DNA of 64,000 nt from an uncultured virus (IMG/VR IMGVR_UViG_3300044612_003086) (Duplodnaviria > Heunggongvirae > Uroviricota > Caudoviricetes). A model generated the notes under the pieces. It saw only the letters and a list, made by a program, of their open reading frames with translations. It had not been told where the DNA came from and made no database searches. Below are positions 18,901 through 26,859 of this stretch, in pieces. The stretch spans positions 62,001-126,000 of IMG/VR virus record IMGVR_UViG_3300044612_003086; one strand, 5' to 3'. The position numbers and the translations under genes are program-made. Positions within the stretch are counted from its first letter, which is position 1. Each line of letters opens with the position of its first letter.

Positions 18901-21812
18901 CTGTATTCCCAGAGTGGTCCTAAGTAGTCTTGCTTTTCACGACGAGTGCGCTTGTTTTCTGGCTTTTTTAGGAAATTCTCAAATCCACTAGAAAGTCTTG
19001 GCGCGCTCTCGGCAGCACGCGATGCACTGCCTCTTCGAATCTCGGACATGTATCTTTGTTCTGCCTGGCGCACCTCCGTTCTTGTTACACCAAGTTTTTT
19101 GGCCATATCCTCAATGGATACGCCATTCATACGCTCTTCGTAAATATCCTGGTCTGTATAGTCTTCTGGGTTCTTTTCTGGTGGAGCGATTTTCCCTCGT
19201 TTTGGACGTGGCATTTCTTCGCCGAGGAAATCTCTAATAATTCTGTCGTATGTATCAGTTCCGCTCTCATCGAATGGAAGGTTGTCGTCGCCGTAGGGAT
19301 TATCTGGGTCGAAATCGTCATCGAGCGCAGGAAGTCTTCCGGATGAGAGTTTTCTATCTGGCTTGTTTGGGCTTGCACCGTCGAACCCATATGAGTTCAT
19401 CCAGCGAGCAAGAGTCTCTTTATCGTTTGGGTCCCATGTTCCAGTTGACGGGCGACGCTCATAGACTTCGCTGCGTAGCGCACTATCAAGTCCTTTAAGA
19501 AACTGGCTCTCGCCGTCTTCGCCAACATAATTTTTATTCTTGTCCTTTTTGTCTTTTCCGGCAAAATACTTATTTGTTGCATCGAGGTATGTGCCTAGTG
19601 TGCGAACAAAATCGTAATACCACTCTTGATACGCCTGTCCGCTCTTTGCTTTTTCGTTGAATTTTGCTGGGCGCTTCTTATCGTCGCCTTGCCATGCTCT
19701 TCTTGCTTGGTTGTACCCAAGCTCGCGCCCTCTTAAGAACTCTGCGGAACGTGTATTGTCTGTTTGGTAGCGAGGCACTTCTTCCCAGCCGAAGCCCTTA
19801 TCAACCCATTCCTGTGCAGTCTTGTCAAATGCTTCTCGTCTTGCCTGTTCATCTGGTGCGACACCAAACTTACTCTCGGTTTCTTTTCCAAGACCGTGAC
19901 GTGAAGTATTAAATCGTGAGCGTTTCTCAGCTCCAGAAGAGAAGGGTTTTGACGGTGTTGCCGGTTTTGCATCTTGCACGCCGACGAAGCGGGGTCGTGT
20001 TGTTCCTTCATCTACCCAGCCATCGTTGTCGGGGTCGAAGTCGCTCCCCGTTGGTCGTCGATTTCCTGGTGTTCCGCCGGTTGGCATGTCAATGTCGCCA
20101 CGGCGATTTCTTCTGTCTCGACGGCCACCGATTGATGGTCTGTCAATGAGTCTGCTGCCAACGTAGCTTCCTAGTCTTCGGCCAATCGCTTTTGACTCAA
20201 ACTCAGAGCTATCTAGAAATTTTTTTTTTATGTTTTCCAGAGCGTTATCGACTGCTTCAATAAAATCTAAACTAACCCCGGATTTGAGAACGATTCCATC
20301 AATATCCACTTCTGCATCAACCATGTAGTAATCGAGAATTGGGTCAATTTCTTGCTTGACACGGAACGCGTCATTTGGGTGAAGCGGAATGCAGTATTGC
20401 TCATCGAATGAGTTGTCATCTTTGCCAAATTCAGAAAGTGATTTAAATTTGCTACGCTTCTTTTTTCTCTTACCTACCGCTCCGCGAAGCATGGCCATGA
20501 CAAACTCGCCAGGGTACTTAACTTCTAGGTCTTCAATAGCTTCATCGAAATTTGCGTCTTCTTCAATTTCGTATTCCTTTTTAGCAATTCCATCGACATT
20601 GACAACGCCTTTTGGAATTACTGCAAAACGACATTTGCCTTCTGGTTCGATGTCCATATCAACAATCTTGCATGACCCATCATTTTGGAAGAACACGCAA
20701 TTTGCACACTTGACCCCGATTGATGCGATGGGATTTTCTGAAGCCGGTTTATATCCAGCCCACACACCATCTTTGTCTTCGTTGAACTTGCCGTGGCGTT
20801 TTACAATTTTTAGCAAAGCGTCACGCAGGTCCGCTTCCTCTTTATCGAGGTTGTTCTTATCTATTGGCTTGTTATTGCCCTCTTCGTACTGAACTGCAGG
20901 GAGCGGAACAACAACAACACCCTCCATGCCTGGCTTGACAGCTATTGGCATTGATGGCATCTGCTGTGGGCGGACCATTCTTCTTGGCTCATTTGGCGGA
21001 ACCATCATTGGTGCTGTTTGTGGTGCGGACGGTCTCTGCATCACTATTTCTTCTGGCGGGCCGAACATCATTCGACCACCCGTTCGACTCCAGCCACACT
21101 TGAATCTCTTAACTGAACCGTCAGCCACACGACGAGCAAATGTCAGATTTTCGTCGTCCATTTCCATGAGCGATATTTTTGCGCCAAGCATTCCTGAGAG
21201 TTGCTTTTCAATTTCCAACTTGTTCGGCTTTTCATCATCCATCATCATTACGGAGCTATCTTCGCCGTATGGGTCATCTGTCTTCACGGAAATTGTGCCA
21301 GTCAGTTGATTGGCTCCATGAAGAACTGGAGACACTTCATAAAGCTCCAACTCGTAGATTACGTTTGCCTGAGACTTTTGGTCATACTGTGCGCGCAGGG
21401 TTTTATATCCAATCGACCATTCTTGTTCTTCTCCAAAGAAAGCAACCATCGTGAAAGCTTCGCGGCCCTTTTCTGACTGAAGATTAAATTGAACTTTTGC
21501 AAATAATCCGCCGATTCCAGCAATCTTCATTTTTAGTGGTAGGCGTGGGTCAGACGGTGGCACCTCGTAAATTTCGAGTACTTTGCCGATTGGGTCATTC
21601 CAGTTATGGCCCCACACAACACGCGGCTTGCGGCGCTGAAGACTCTTCGTAAAAGCACCACTTGCGCAAATATCACCAACAGAGTCTTTATTGCCGATTC
21701 CAGCTACAAAGCACTCAACAATTCCTTGCATCTCATCGAGATTGACGGAGCCGGCTTTCTGTGAAGCGGAGCCAAGGGATGTCGACTTGTATTCAAAGTG
21801 GTCAGTGGTCAT
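12948..21812 (-). CDS. HK97-family prohead protease fused to a polyvalent protein (HiPIP-like Cys domain, sigma70-r4-like HTH, ArdC-N ssDNA-binding + MPTase metallopeptidase, UvrD/SF1 helicase)
   Basis: 2954-aa ORF; DSVGD...GAF..WGHNW.DPIG...WSIGY...LYEVSPV..GAN (protease); W..PW...Y.GMN...VFNADQ (ArdC); AFY...LHEIIHWT...YAFEELIAE (MPTase); AGAGAGKTT, DEAQD, VGDPRQSIYGFRG, HAAKGLEFD, YVMMTRAK (helicase). Confidence 0.9.
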   Translation of the reverse strand: MTTDHFEYKSTSLGSASQKAGSVNLDEMQGIVECFVAGIGNKDSVGDICASGAFTKSLQRRKPRVVWGHNWNDPIGKVLEIYEVPPSDPRLPLKMKIAGIGGLFAKVQFNLQSEKGREAFTMVAFFGEEQEWSIGYKTLRAQYDQKSQANVIYELELYEVSPVLHGANQLTGTISVKTDDPYGEDSSVMMMDDEKPNKLEIEKQLSGMLGAKISLMEMDDENLTFARRVADGSVKRFKCGWSRTGGRMMFGPPEEIVMQRPSAPQTAPMMVPPNEPRRMVRPQQMPSMPIAVKPGMEGVVVVPLPAVQYEEGNNKPIDKNNLDKEEADLRDALLKIVKRHGKFNEDKDGVWAGYKPASENPIASIGVKCANCVFFQNDGSCKIVDMDIEPEGKCRFAVIPKGVVNVDGIAKKEYEIEEDANFDEAIEDLEVKYPGEFVMAMLRGAVGKRKKKRSKFKSLSEFGKDDNSFDEQYCIPLHPNDAFRVKQEIDPILDYYMVDAEVDIDGIVLKSGVSLDFIEAVDNALENIKKKFLDSSEFESKAIGRRLGSYVGSRLIDRPSIGGRRDRRNRRGDIDMPTGGTPGNRRPTGSDFDPDNDGWVDEGTTRPRFVGVQDAKPATPSKPFSSGAEKRSRFNTSRHGLGKETESKFGVAPDEQARREAFDKTAQEWVDKGFGWEEVPRYQTDNTRSAEFLRGRELGYNQARRAWQGDDKKRPAKFNEKAKSGQAYQEWYYDFVRTLGTYLDATNKYFAGKDKKDKNKNYVGEDGESQFLKGLDSALRSEVYERRPSTGTWDPNDKETLARWMNSYGFDGASPNKPDRKLSSGRLPALDDDFDPDNPYGDDNLPFDESGTDTYDRIIRDFLGEEMPRPKRGKIAPPEKNPEDYTDQDIYEERMNGVSIEDMAKKLGVTRTEVRQAEQRYMSEIRRGSASRAAESAPRLSSGFENFLKKPENKRTRREKQDYLGPLWEYRDGQTLSSGKDENQEADAARIKDMYQQMGEAIIAALDEILKDPSKAGQWQVPWRSPELYGRNPTRRNRIYQGMNQLILSQVASKRKYKTNRWAGRSQWRELNKKAKPKPGEIGVNILVPFDIKNDDGIRTGEKGFKIETVFNADQMDGLPAWVYEVKETEKLDAAQRLEDIENVIKEIGPRYKEQGVSAFYDPNDDTINVPPFENFIEPIAFYGTVLHEIIHWTAHPSRLKRDLSGRMKGTPEQRKKYAFEELIAEIGASFAMGFLGVEPQIREDHIQYLAFWRKALQDDPSSIRRAIEGGQQAVDYIMNKSATLRKRAGVPDSERKGKEDYTIEAPIVGRITIPIPKKKPVVGTPTPENKVRQRVRVRGQGPSAVKTILEDYENNRLSSGITGFVIKDEEGNTYNQINKRLSSGRGPIVGAKDPKRKIERTEGSFMEMFGMKFEPTDEQKDVMDTVAHFTKTGEGGLAAVRAGAGAGKTTTVEQSVIRMAKESPESQFYYITFNKKNAAEAARRMPDNTGSSSINQLAYWSLLLEDRPGISPEFKEKLKKIGIGAGNEYYSSANPKSTRQTSAEGYGGKTVDTTGLKKAGFRTLGYVSFETESGGRDVARHYDFGTKYPDGLTHEGVELTADDYGLVLINALTRYSQSDDDALSEKHFKLRPHEIERNKQLAESGDPIDPAETAFDQIPQEWVDLALKMWSDTLDPKSNVLPNYDQQVKIWAMQKPNLRTDAGMVGHGTRKVKDARAQDKKLDPGSIVQVDGVDYVYTGGGARAGLRRRYATEDKPISTFFFDEAQDVNPVLQKVIEDNIANNNLAIVMVGDPRQSIYGFRGSSDSFARLNPDFNLTLTDSFRYGKTVAFLGNLMLGRGNMTDRQNGIDEVSADYKLFGRLQDVVSHDFNLGTLTGNDLRKKLDSIQKKYGISGPDGQSLADMPEKERNELLDKARGYIVPESEGILYRQIPTSADGTWAYISYSNKNTLTAALEFIGAHPDKIVGLPAEKYRDMVEFLRHYQFVLRPVGTRPRESKIIGNAWTMEEIRKRAGQKSSYGQLGSMLKLLQVRDAEGNQLSPLDWLNRLLGRRDPQTGEVLTRARIREIEEPLDVDPFKNIDGSSSTVSGEELIALGKQKAGKGGGGAKGAYKMNRDKRFNIIPNPTGQTPSREVFWKLDTESLGADGKWENGVIISGEGIIDVYQFRDAAGKIQYTGDKNGEKPMMRRRIEKMIKDLNLEGKVTIEKQYVPRKAGSSNAPAYDAVRIKGDNPEETGLLLSLVGRMITDSANEPEVDASFLTTHAAKGLEFDNVVAGDDFFQPKFEDDGSILPGNDISREMENLIYVMMTRAKKRIQLSEATSWIIDPKKNPKGFEYIEKFLTEEQQAPSGFWNPFGDGEQVFPDGAREILSSGRVNSVPETAVPGTGTNRSARRARLRGGDVERQATTETSAPETPGVQAPERTAAVGGPRSVNSSNRADRKARRMSSGSTYADNINATNLAAIRGSKTGESFAFARRFWDGFRKRGITLDTSSKSGTVKERRRQINEGLDKAAAAMKRRPQVTIGRVSGNENLSNPDADTWMLPVKSLKESIRIPTEFDVVRNPDNTIADVKWTKSEPISNTDLSRLLNLSPEDAKRISDDDSGISHNAVRFLVAELGNRPEFGGWRLFSPVTSDEPGVEKMSSAQRFAENLGRANMRDRFIIETFGKDAYPFWADREENQIISSDEYSTLGEVDPVAKFRATGRFTPNPEDADGEASAEADLIYEGMPDFVPEAPAPTVNETNPAGAKTSRRDFKLDNLIENLGLDRDEWMAQLRERMKRSFGMDDVGLTNPKDRKSWESDGVPVAAIQEMIRTGMIENAESVWPENGQKLDGELRASKANVAEAMVEFISNTQKGSGGNTKRNKEYILGTSNLSVLLNNAAKTRGKTFSKIKGDEPRYSSNELQDVVNRFNEIFGTSHTIEDIFSKEQLENARKRLQEEGRTMFGKSGTKE

Positions 21813-21918
21813 TTAATTCGCTTTCACTAAGACTCAATAGATAATAAACGACCAGATAAATCTGCAGTGCAAGTATTGAGAATTGCTTTTCTTTTACAGA
21901 AACTATTTAGTGAAATAG

Positions 21919-23985
21919 TTAGAACTGAGCGAAGTTCCAGGCTCGGCGTGTCTCTTCTTCAGCAATTTCGACATGTTCTTTTGCAAGAAGATTTGCATAC
22001 ATTTCAATTAGCTCTTGTCTGAAGGATGAAAATCTTCGCTCTTCGTCAGAATAAACAAACGATTTAAGCATTATTTCATTGATATTAAAGGCTGTCTGCT
22101 CATTTATTTTTTTGATATTTGCAACGTGTGAATCAACAGCTCTCAAGAAATCTAGAGGCGGTATAGCTCTTGGCGACAAACCCTTTACATGCATTCTTTC
22201 GCGTTTTGATTCATGCGAGTCATTGATAATCGCGGAAACAACTGGCTTTAGGTCATCTTCAAATTGCTTATTCCATGAGTCAATCGAGAGTATTGAATCG
22301 ATGTCAAGCGTTCCAGCCATGAGCCCTTTTCTTGCCTTGCTTCCACCAGACTTTTCCAGTACAACTCGTTGCTGTCTTTCCAGAATTCTCTCAATTCCTC
22401 GTGAAAGTATTTCCGACCAACGCTCAATTGAAGTTTCTGTTCTGTCTTCGACAGCTGGCTCAGCTGATTTGTACTGCATCTCGCCGCTTTCTGCGGTGAG
22501 CGCTCCAGGCGGAGTTGGTGCAGCTCCAGTTTGCAATGCGGCTGCTTCTGGCGGGAGTGTACTTTGAGCAAGCTCGCCTGTTTGTGCAACCTCGGCCATT
22601 GCGCCCTGCATCGTGTTCGGGTCAAGGGGGATGTTTTCCATCGGTGGGGCCTGACCTGGCATTGGCGGCATTCCAGGAATTGGTGGCATACCGGGAGCTC
22701 CAGGCATACCTGGGGCTGCACCAGGGACCATTGCAGCGTTCTCGTCCATCTTCTTCTTTGTATTCGCAATCGGAATTAAGTTTGGATTAGCGAGGAGTGA
22801 GTCAGCAAGGTCGGACTCAACTTCTTTTCTTGAGGAACCAATTCGGTATTCGTTTCCGCTTATCAATCCAGCCTGAAACTCTGTAAGCAAATATCTATCG
22901 CGCTCTTGCTTGTACAACTGAAGAATTGGAACTTCGCTCGTATCGAAGTCGACATAGTTTTTATCGTCCAACTCATCAAGTGCTCGCGCAATCGGTTCTA
23001 GGTGCGGCAACATTGTTTCCATCCAGAAGACACGTATTTCTTCCGCAGCATTGCTGAATGTTCTTCCAGCTGCGTTTCCTATTACTGATTCCGGCACACC
23101 GAATGCAGCAAGAATTTCTTCTTTCGTAACTTGGCGCATCTGGATATACGCGGCATCGCGCGGGCTCGCTGATGTGTCAACAAAATCAACGCCATCGTCT
23201 GCTGCGATTACTGTTGTATGTCCAGTCTTGGATAGGTTGCCACGGAACCTGCTCTTTAATTCTTCTTTATCGTCTTCATCTATTTCTCCACGGACTACAA
23301 GCAAGCCGCCAGGACGGCCGTCATTAAGGAGATAGTTTCTGTTGTAGAGCTTCGCAAGATTTTCAATTTCAATAGCTACACCAGCAGCCTCGAGCGGAGT
23401 AAGTGACAGATATGGGTCAAGTGGGTGTGGACGGCGAATCCAGCAAACATCTTCTGGCTTAAGTATTACCTTTTCTCCGTAGGGCATGGCAACTTCATAG
23501 CCGGAAACAAATGTTTTCGGATGAGGGATTGGCGCCGTTGCCTGTGGTGGTAGAAGATTAAGGGCGATTATTCCGCCGTCTCTTCCGCGTATTTTCTCAA
23601 TAAATGCTCCGCGCGTACCAAGAAGAAGCTGTGCAGAAAGCCTATATCTAAAGATAAAACTATTTTCCCCAACGTTGGCTCTTGTGTTTAGTAGCTCGAG
23701 CAACGTGGAGCGATTTGCTTCTTTACCAACTATTATCTCGCCCTTGTTGGAATTATCTTTTCGAAGAATCACTGGCAGTCGTGCCTGATTACCGGCAATT
23801 GCATCAATACACCTGTTTACCCAGGTGATTTTGGACATGCCCTCGCGATATGCGCGTTCAATGTCCCATGAATCTCGATATGGTTTATGTACAAGACCTG
23901 GGTTTGCCGAAATTGGTGCACCAAAGGCAATCTGCTTTGAGTCAGACGACTTGAGTGATTTATCTTTTGGAGAGTTCCAGCCCAT
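21919..23985 (-). CDS. Phage portal protein (HK97-like) with Pro/Met-rich linker and C-terminal extension
   Basis: 688-aa ORF; WVNRCIDAIA..A.LP, N.GRPGGLL, EEILAAFGVPESVIG, TFSNA, N.YR motifs; directly upstream of the protease. Confidence 0.9.
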   Translation of the reverse strand: MGWNSPKDKSLKSSDSKQIAFGAPISANPGLVHKPYRDSWDIERAYREGMSKITWVNRCIDAIAGNQARLPVILRKDNSNKGEIIVGKEANRSTLLELLNTRANVGENSFIFRYRLSAQLLLGTRGAFIEKIRGRDGGIIALNLLPPQATAPIPHPKTFVSGYEVAMPYGEKVILKPEDVCWIRRPHPLDPYLSLTPLEAAGVAIEIENLAKLYNRNYLLNDGRPGGLLVVRGEIDEDDKEELKSRFRGNLSKTGHTTVIAADDGVDFVDTSASPRDAAYIQMRQVTKEEILAAFGVPESVIGNAAGRTFSNAAEEIRVFWMETMLPHLEPIARALDELDDKNYVDFDTSEVPILQLYKQERDRYLLTEFQAGLISGNEYRIGSSRKEVESDLADSLLANPNLIPIANTKKKMDENAAMVPGAAPGMPGAPGMPPIPGMPPMPGQAPPMENIPLDPNTMQGAMAEVAQTGELAQSTLPPEAAALQTGAAPTPPGALTAESGEMQYKSAEPAVEDRTETSIERWSEILSRGIERILERQQRVVLEKSGGSKARKGLMAGTLDIDSILSIDSWNKQFEDDLKPVVSAIINDSHESKRERMHVKGLSPRAIPPLDFLRAVDSHVANIKKINEQTAFNINEIMLKSFVYSDEERRFSSFRQELIEMYANLLAKEHVEIAEEETRRAWNFAQF

Positions 23986-23992
23986 ATTTTAT

Positions 23993-24193
23993 TTACTCAA
24001 GCCCTAATAGAAATCCGAATATTCCACAACCGATACCAGCAACAATCAAACCGACGGGCATGGCAATGAGACCAGCACCAATACTTGTTAATAGTATAAA
24101 CGAAACCATGAATAAATTAGCGAAAGTACGCCTGTTGTACACTGTCTTTGCCCTGGAACTGACTTTATTAACTACTTCTTTTAATTTGGGCAT
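23993..24193 (-). CDS. Small membrane protein preceding the portal
   Basis: Start revised to MPKLKE (24193); two hydrophobic helices; typical position before HK97-type portals. Confidence 0.7.
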   Translation of the reverse strand: MPKLKEVVNKVSSRAKTVYNRRTFANLFMVSFILLTSIGAGLIAMPVGLIVAGIGCGIFGFLLGLE

Positions 24194-24255
24194 ATAAGAT
24201 ACAGTAGCGCATAATTTACGATTGTCCGTGGACAAGAAGACGCCGAGATATTTAC

Positions 24256-25569
24256 ATGACACAAAAACCGAATTGGGCTGAAGTTCTCGAATATCTGCAA
24301 CCCAAGATGCCTCCCTTCTGCCCAGAAGAGCCATCAATAAACCAAAGAGTTTTTTTAAGAACTAATTCAATAGAAGCCCTATTTGGTGGTGCAGCAGGTG
24401 GTGGAAAGTCAAGCGCTTTGCTAATGGCTGCTCTCCAGTATGTAGATGTGCCTGGGTATTCGGCCATTCTTTTCCGTAGAACTTTCGCTGACCTTTCGCT
24501 TCCCGGAGCCCTGATGGACCGCTTTAAGTCCTGGATGTCCAACTACGATGATGTGCATTGGAATGCAAATAGCTTCATCGCCACTTTCCCATCTGGCGCC
24601 CGCATTTCATTCGGGTATCTAAATAATGCCAATGACTATTTACGCTATAAAGGCTCGGAATTTCAGTTCATTGGAATGGACGAAGTAACCGAAATCCGTG
24701 AATCTGATTATCGATACCTATTCTCCCGTTTGCGTCGCCCTGCGAGCGGACCAATTTCTCAAGTGCCATTAAGAATGCGTTCAGCATCAAACCCTGCTCC
24801 CAACTGGGTTAGACAGAGATTCATTGTTGAGGGTCGTCAGGAAAACCGCATTTTCGTTCCATCTAAGTTGACCGACAACCCAGGAATTGACGCTGAATCG
24901 TACCGACAGGCCCTTGCTGCACTTGACCCCGTGGAAAGACGTCGCCTAGAAATGGGCGACTGGTGGTCGACAACGCTCGGAACTCTTTTTGAAAGAACTT
25001 CATTTATTATTATCGACCCAGAAGAAATCCCTGAAATCAAAAGTTCTGCCCGTGTTGTTAGATTTTGGGACCTTGCTGCCACCGAACCATCCCAGAGCAA
25101 CCCGAATCCAGACTATACGGTCGGAACGTTGATGATGTTTGACGGCGGTGTTGCCTACATTCTGGATGTAAAACGAGCACGAGTAAAAGGTGAAAAAGTA
25201 GAGCAGCTGATTGCCCAGACAGCTCAGGAAGATGGTCTGGGAGTATCAATACGAATGGAACAAGAACCAGGTTCGTCGGGTAAAGCACTTGCCGACCAAT
25301 ATGCCAGGTATGTGGTTCCTGGGTACGATTTTGGGGCAATACGTTCTACTGGAGACAAAGAAACTCGCGCACGGCCATTCGCCGCCGCTGCAGCCAACGG
25401 AAATGTACGTATTATTCGTGCACCTTGGCTGACTGCATGGATGGATGAATTTTCATCTTTCCCCGAAGCCTGCGACCACGACGACCAGGTCGACTCAGCT
25501 GTCGGAGCATTTACGTTTTTAACTGGCCTGGGGTTGCCACAGAGAAAGCGTGTCTCTATACTGATTTAG
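24256..25569 (+). CDS. terL: Terminase large subunit
   Basis: Walker A GGAAGGGKS, Walker B FIGMDE, ASNP coupling motif, nuclease FWDLA...DYTVG...HDDQVDS. Confidence 0.92.
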   Translation: MTQKPNWAEVLEYLQPKMPPFCPEEPSINQRVFLRTNSIEALFGGAAGGGKSSALLMAALQYVDVPGYSAILFRRTFADLSLPGALMDRFKSWMSNYDDVHWNANSFIATFPSGARISFGYLNNANDYLRYKGSEFQFIGMDEVTEIRESDYRYLFSRLRRPASGPISQVPLRMRSASNPAPNWVRQRFIVEGRQENRIFVPSKLTDNPGIDAESYRQALAALDPVERRRLEMGDWWSTTLGTLFERTSFIIIDPEEIPEIKSSARVVRFWDLAATEPSQSNPNPDYTVGTLMMFDGGVAYILDVKRARVKGEKVEQLIAQTAQEDGLGVSIRMEQEPGSSGKALADQYARYVVPGYDFGAIRSTGDKETRARPFAAAAANGNVRIIRAPWLTAWMDEFSSFPEACDHDDQVDSAVGAFTFLTGLGLPQRKRVSILI

Positions 25570-25608
25570 TAATTACTTAAACTACTACTGAATTAAAGGG
25601 GCAATAAA

Positions 25609-26112
25609 ATGAATGCTGTAGAAAAGATAGAGCAGATTCGCGCACTGATTACCGAACTGGATTCAGAACTTCAGTCCATTGCTGACTCTGATGTTGAGAT
25701 TCCAATTGCTTGTGGAATTTTGGCAGACATCAATTTCCTTAAGCGAGACCTAACTTTTGTTTATGACGGGTACGCACACCTTGTTGGCAAAATCATGGGG
25801 TCAACTGAATCAATCAAATTGGACAACGGCGCAGAAATCGAGAAGAAATCTTCATACGACAGAAAGTCGTGGGACCACAAGGCGCTTGCTTCTGCGGTTT
25901 CGGACAAGTTGGTGAAGATGTCCATTGACATGGATACCGGCGAAGTACTGAAGTCACCACGAGAAATAGCCATGGATATGGTTACGTATTGTGCTCCGTC
26001 ATATTGGCGAGTGAAAGAGTTGAACAAGATTGGAATCAATCCAGACAATTATTGCGAAGTTGGCGAACTGAAGACTAGCATTATTGTCCGTAAGCCAAAA
26101 GATTCCGAATAA
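25609..26112 (+). CDS. Hypothetical protein (DMDTGE motif; recombination module)
   Basis: 167-aa ORF with AAGGGG RBS. Confidence 0.75.
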   Translation: MNAVEKIEQIRALITELDSELQSIADSDVEIPIACGILADINFLKRDLTFVYDGYAHLVGKIMGSTESIKLDNGAEIEKKSSYDRKSWDHKALASAVSDKLVKMSIDMDTGEVLKSPREIAMDMVTYCAPSYWRVKELNKIGINPDNYCEVGELKTSIIVRKPKDSE

Positions 26113-26142
26113 ATACACCACCAACAAGGGATACAAAACATC

Positions 26143-26859
26143 ATGGAACAAAATCAAGTAAAAGACGCTTCATCAATCATGAAGGAACTGTATGCGCAGT
26201 TCCCACAAGAATCAGAACGCACAATCGTCAAGAGCGGCGTATCACTTGTTTACTTGCCAATCAGCGAAGTAATCAATCGACTAAACAAGGTTCTCGGCGT
26301 GGAGGGCTGGTCATTTGAAATTATTTCAGTTCGTCGCGACGAAATTGACCAAGACGAATTGGTAGCACACGTTGCGCTTACTGCAGAGATTGGCGACAAG
26401 CGAGTGGTTAAACATGGATTTGGTGGCTCAAACGTAAAGCGCGCTAAGAGCAATCAAAAGCCAGTTGACCTTGGAAATGACTTTAAGGGCGCGGTTTCTG
26501 ATGCGTTAAAGAAGGCTGCCCAACAATTGGGAGTCGGTCTCTATCTTGCTCGCTCGGTTGACGCTATGGACGCCGAAGACGCAATTCTTCTTGATGCATC
26601 AGATGATGGTTTTGCGCGTATTCCAGAACAGGTTCCAACACCTGCGCTTTCTGAGCTTGAGGAAAAATGGAATACTTTCATCGATATCACCAAGGGGCTG
26701 AAGAAAGAACAGAAGGAAGAGTTGAACTCGTTCTGGTCAACCCACTCTGGAGGCCGACCAAAGCCGACGAAGTCAAGTGCCACAATCGAGGACTTGCAAG
26801 CACTCATCACAGAGGCATTGCGAATTCAGTTTGGTGGGCAGTATGTCACTAATTCCTGA
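26143..26859 (+). CDS. Rad52/Rad22-family (Sak-like) ssDNA annealing protein
   Basis: YL...VINRLNKVLG..GWSFE...K.A.SDALKKAA..LGVGLYL. Confidence 0.88.
   Translation: MEQNQVKDASSIMKELYAQFPQESERTIVKSGVSLVYLPISEVINRLNKVLGVEGWSFEIISVRRDEIDQDELVAHVALTAEIGDKRVVKHGFGGSNVKRAKSNQKPVDLGNDFKGAVSDALKKAAQQLGVGLYLARSVDAMDAEDAILLDASDDGFARIPEQVPTPALSELEEKWNTFIDITKGLKKEQKEELNSFWSTHSGGRPKPTKSSATIEDLQALITEALRIQFGGQYVTNS

Noticed and set aside
3789..21812. Inteins in the giant proteins
   Set aside because: No C/S-start plus HN-[CST] splice junction or LAGLIDADG blocks recognised; SSG motifs do not match intein termini
24252..24542. 96-aa minus-strand ORF and the 5' extension of 23993..24337
   Set aside because: Both overlap the terminase gene in antisense; the downstream ATG at 24193 has a better promoter context
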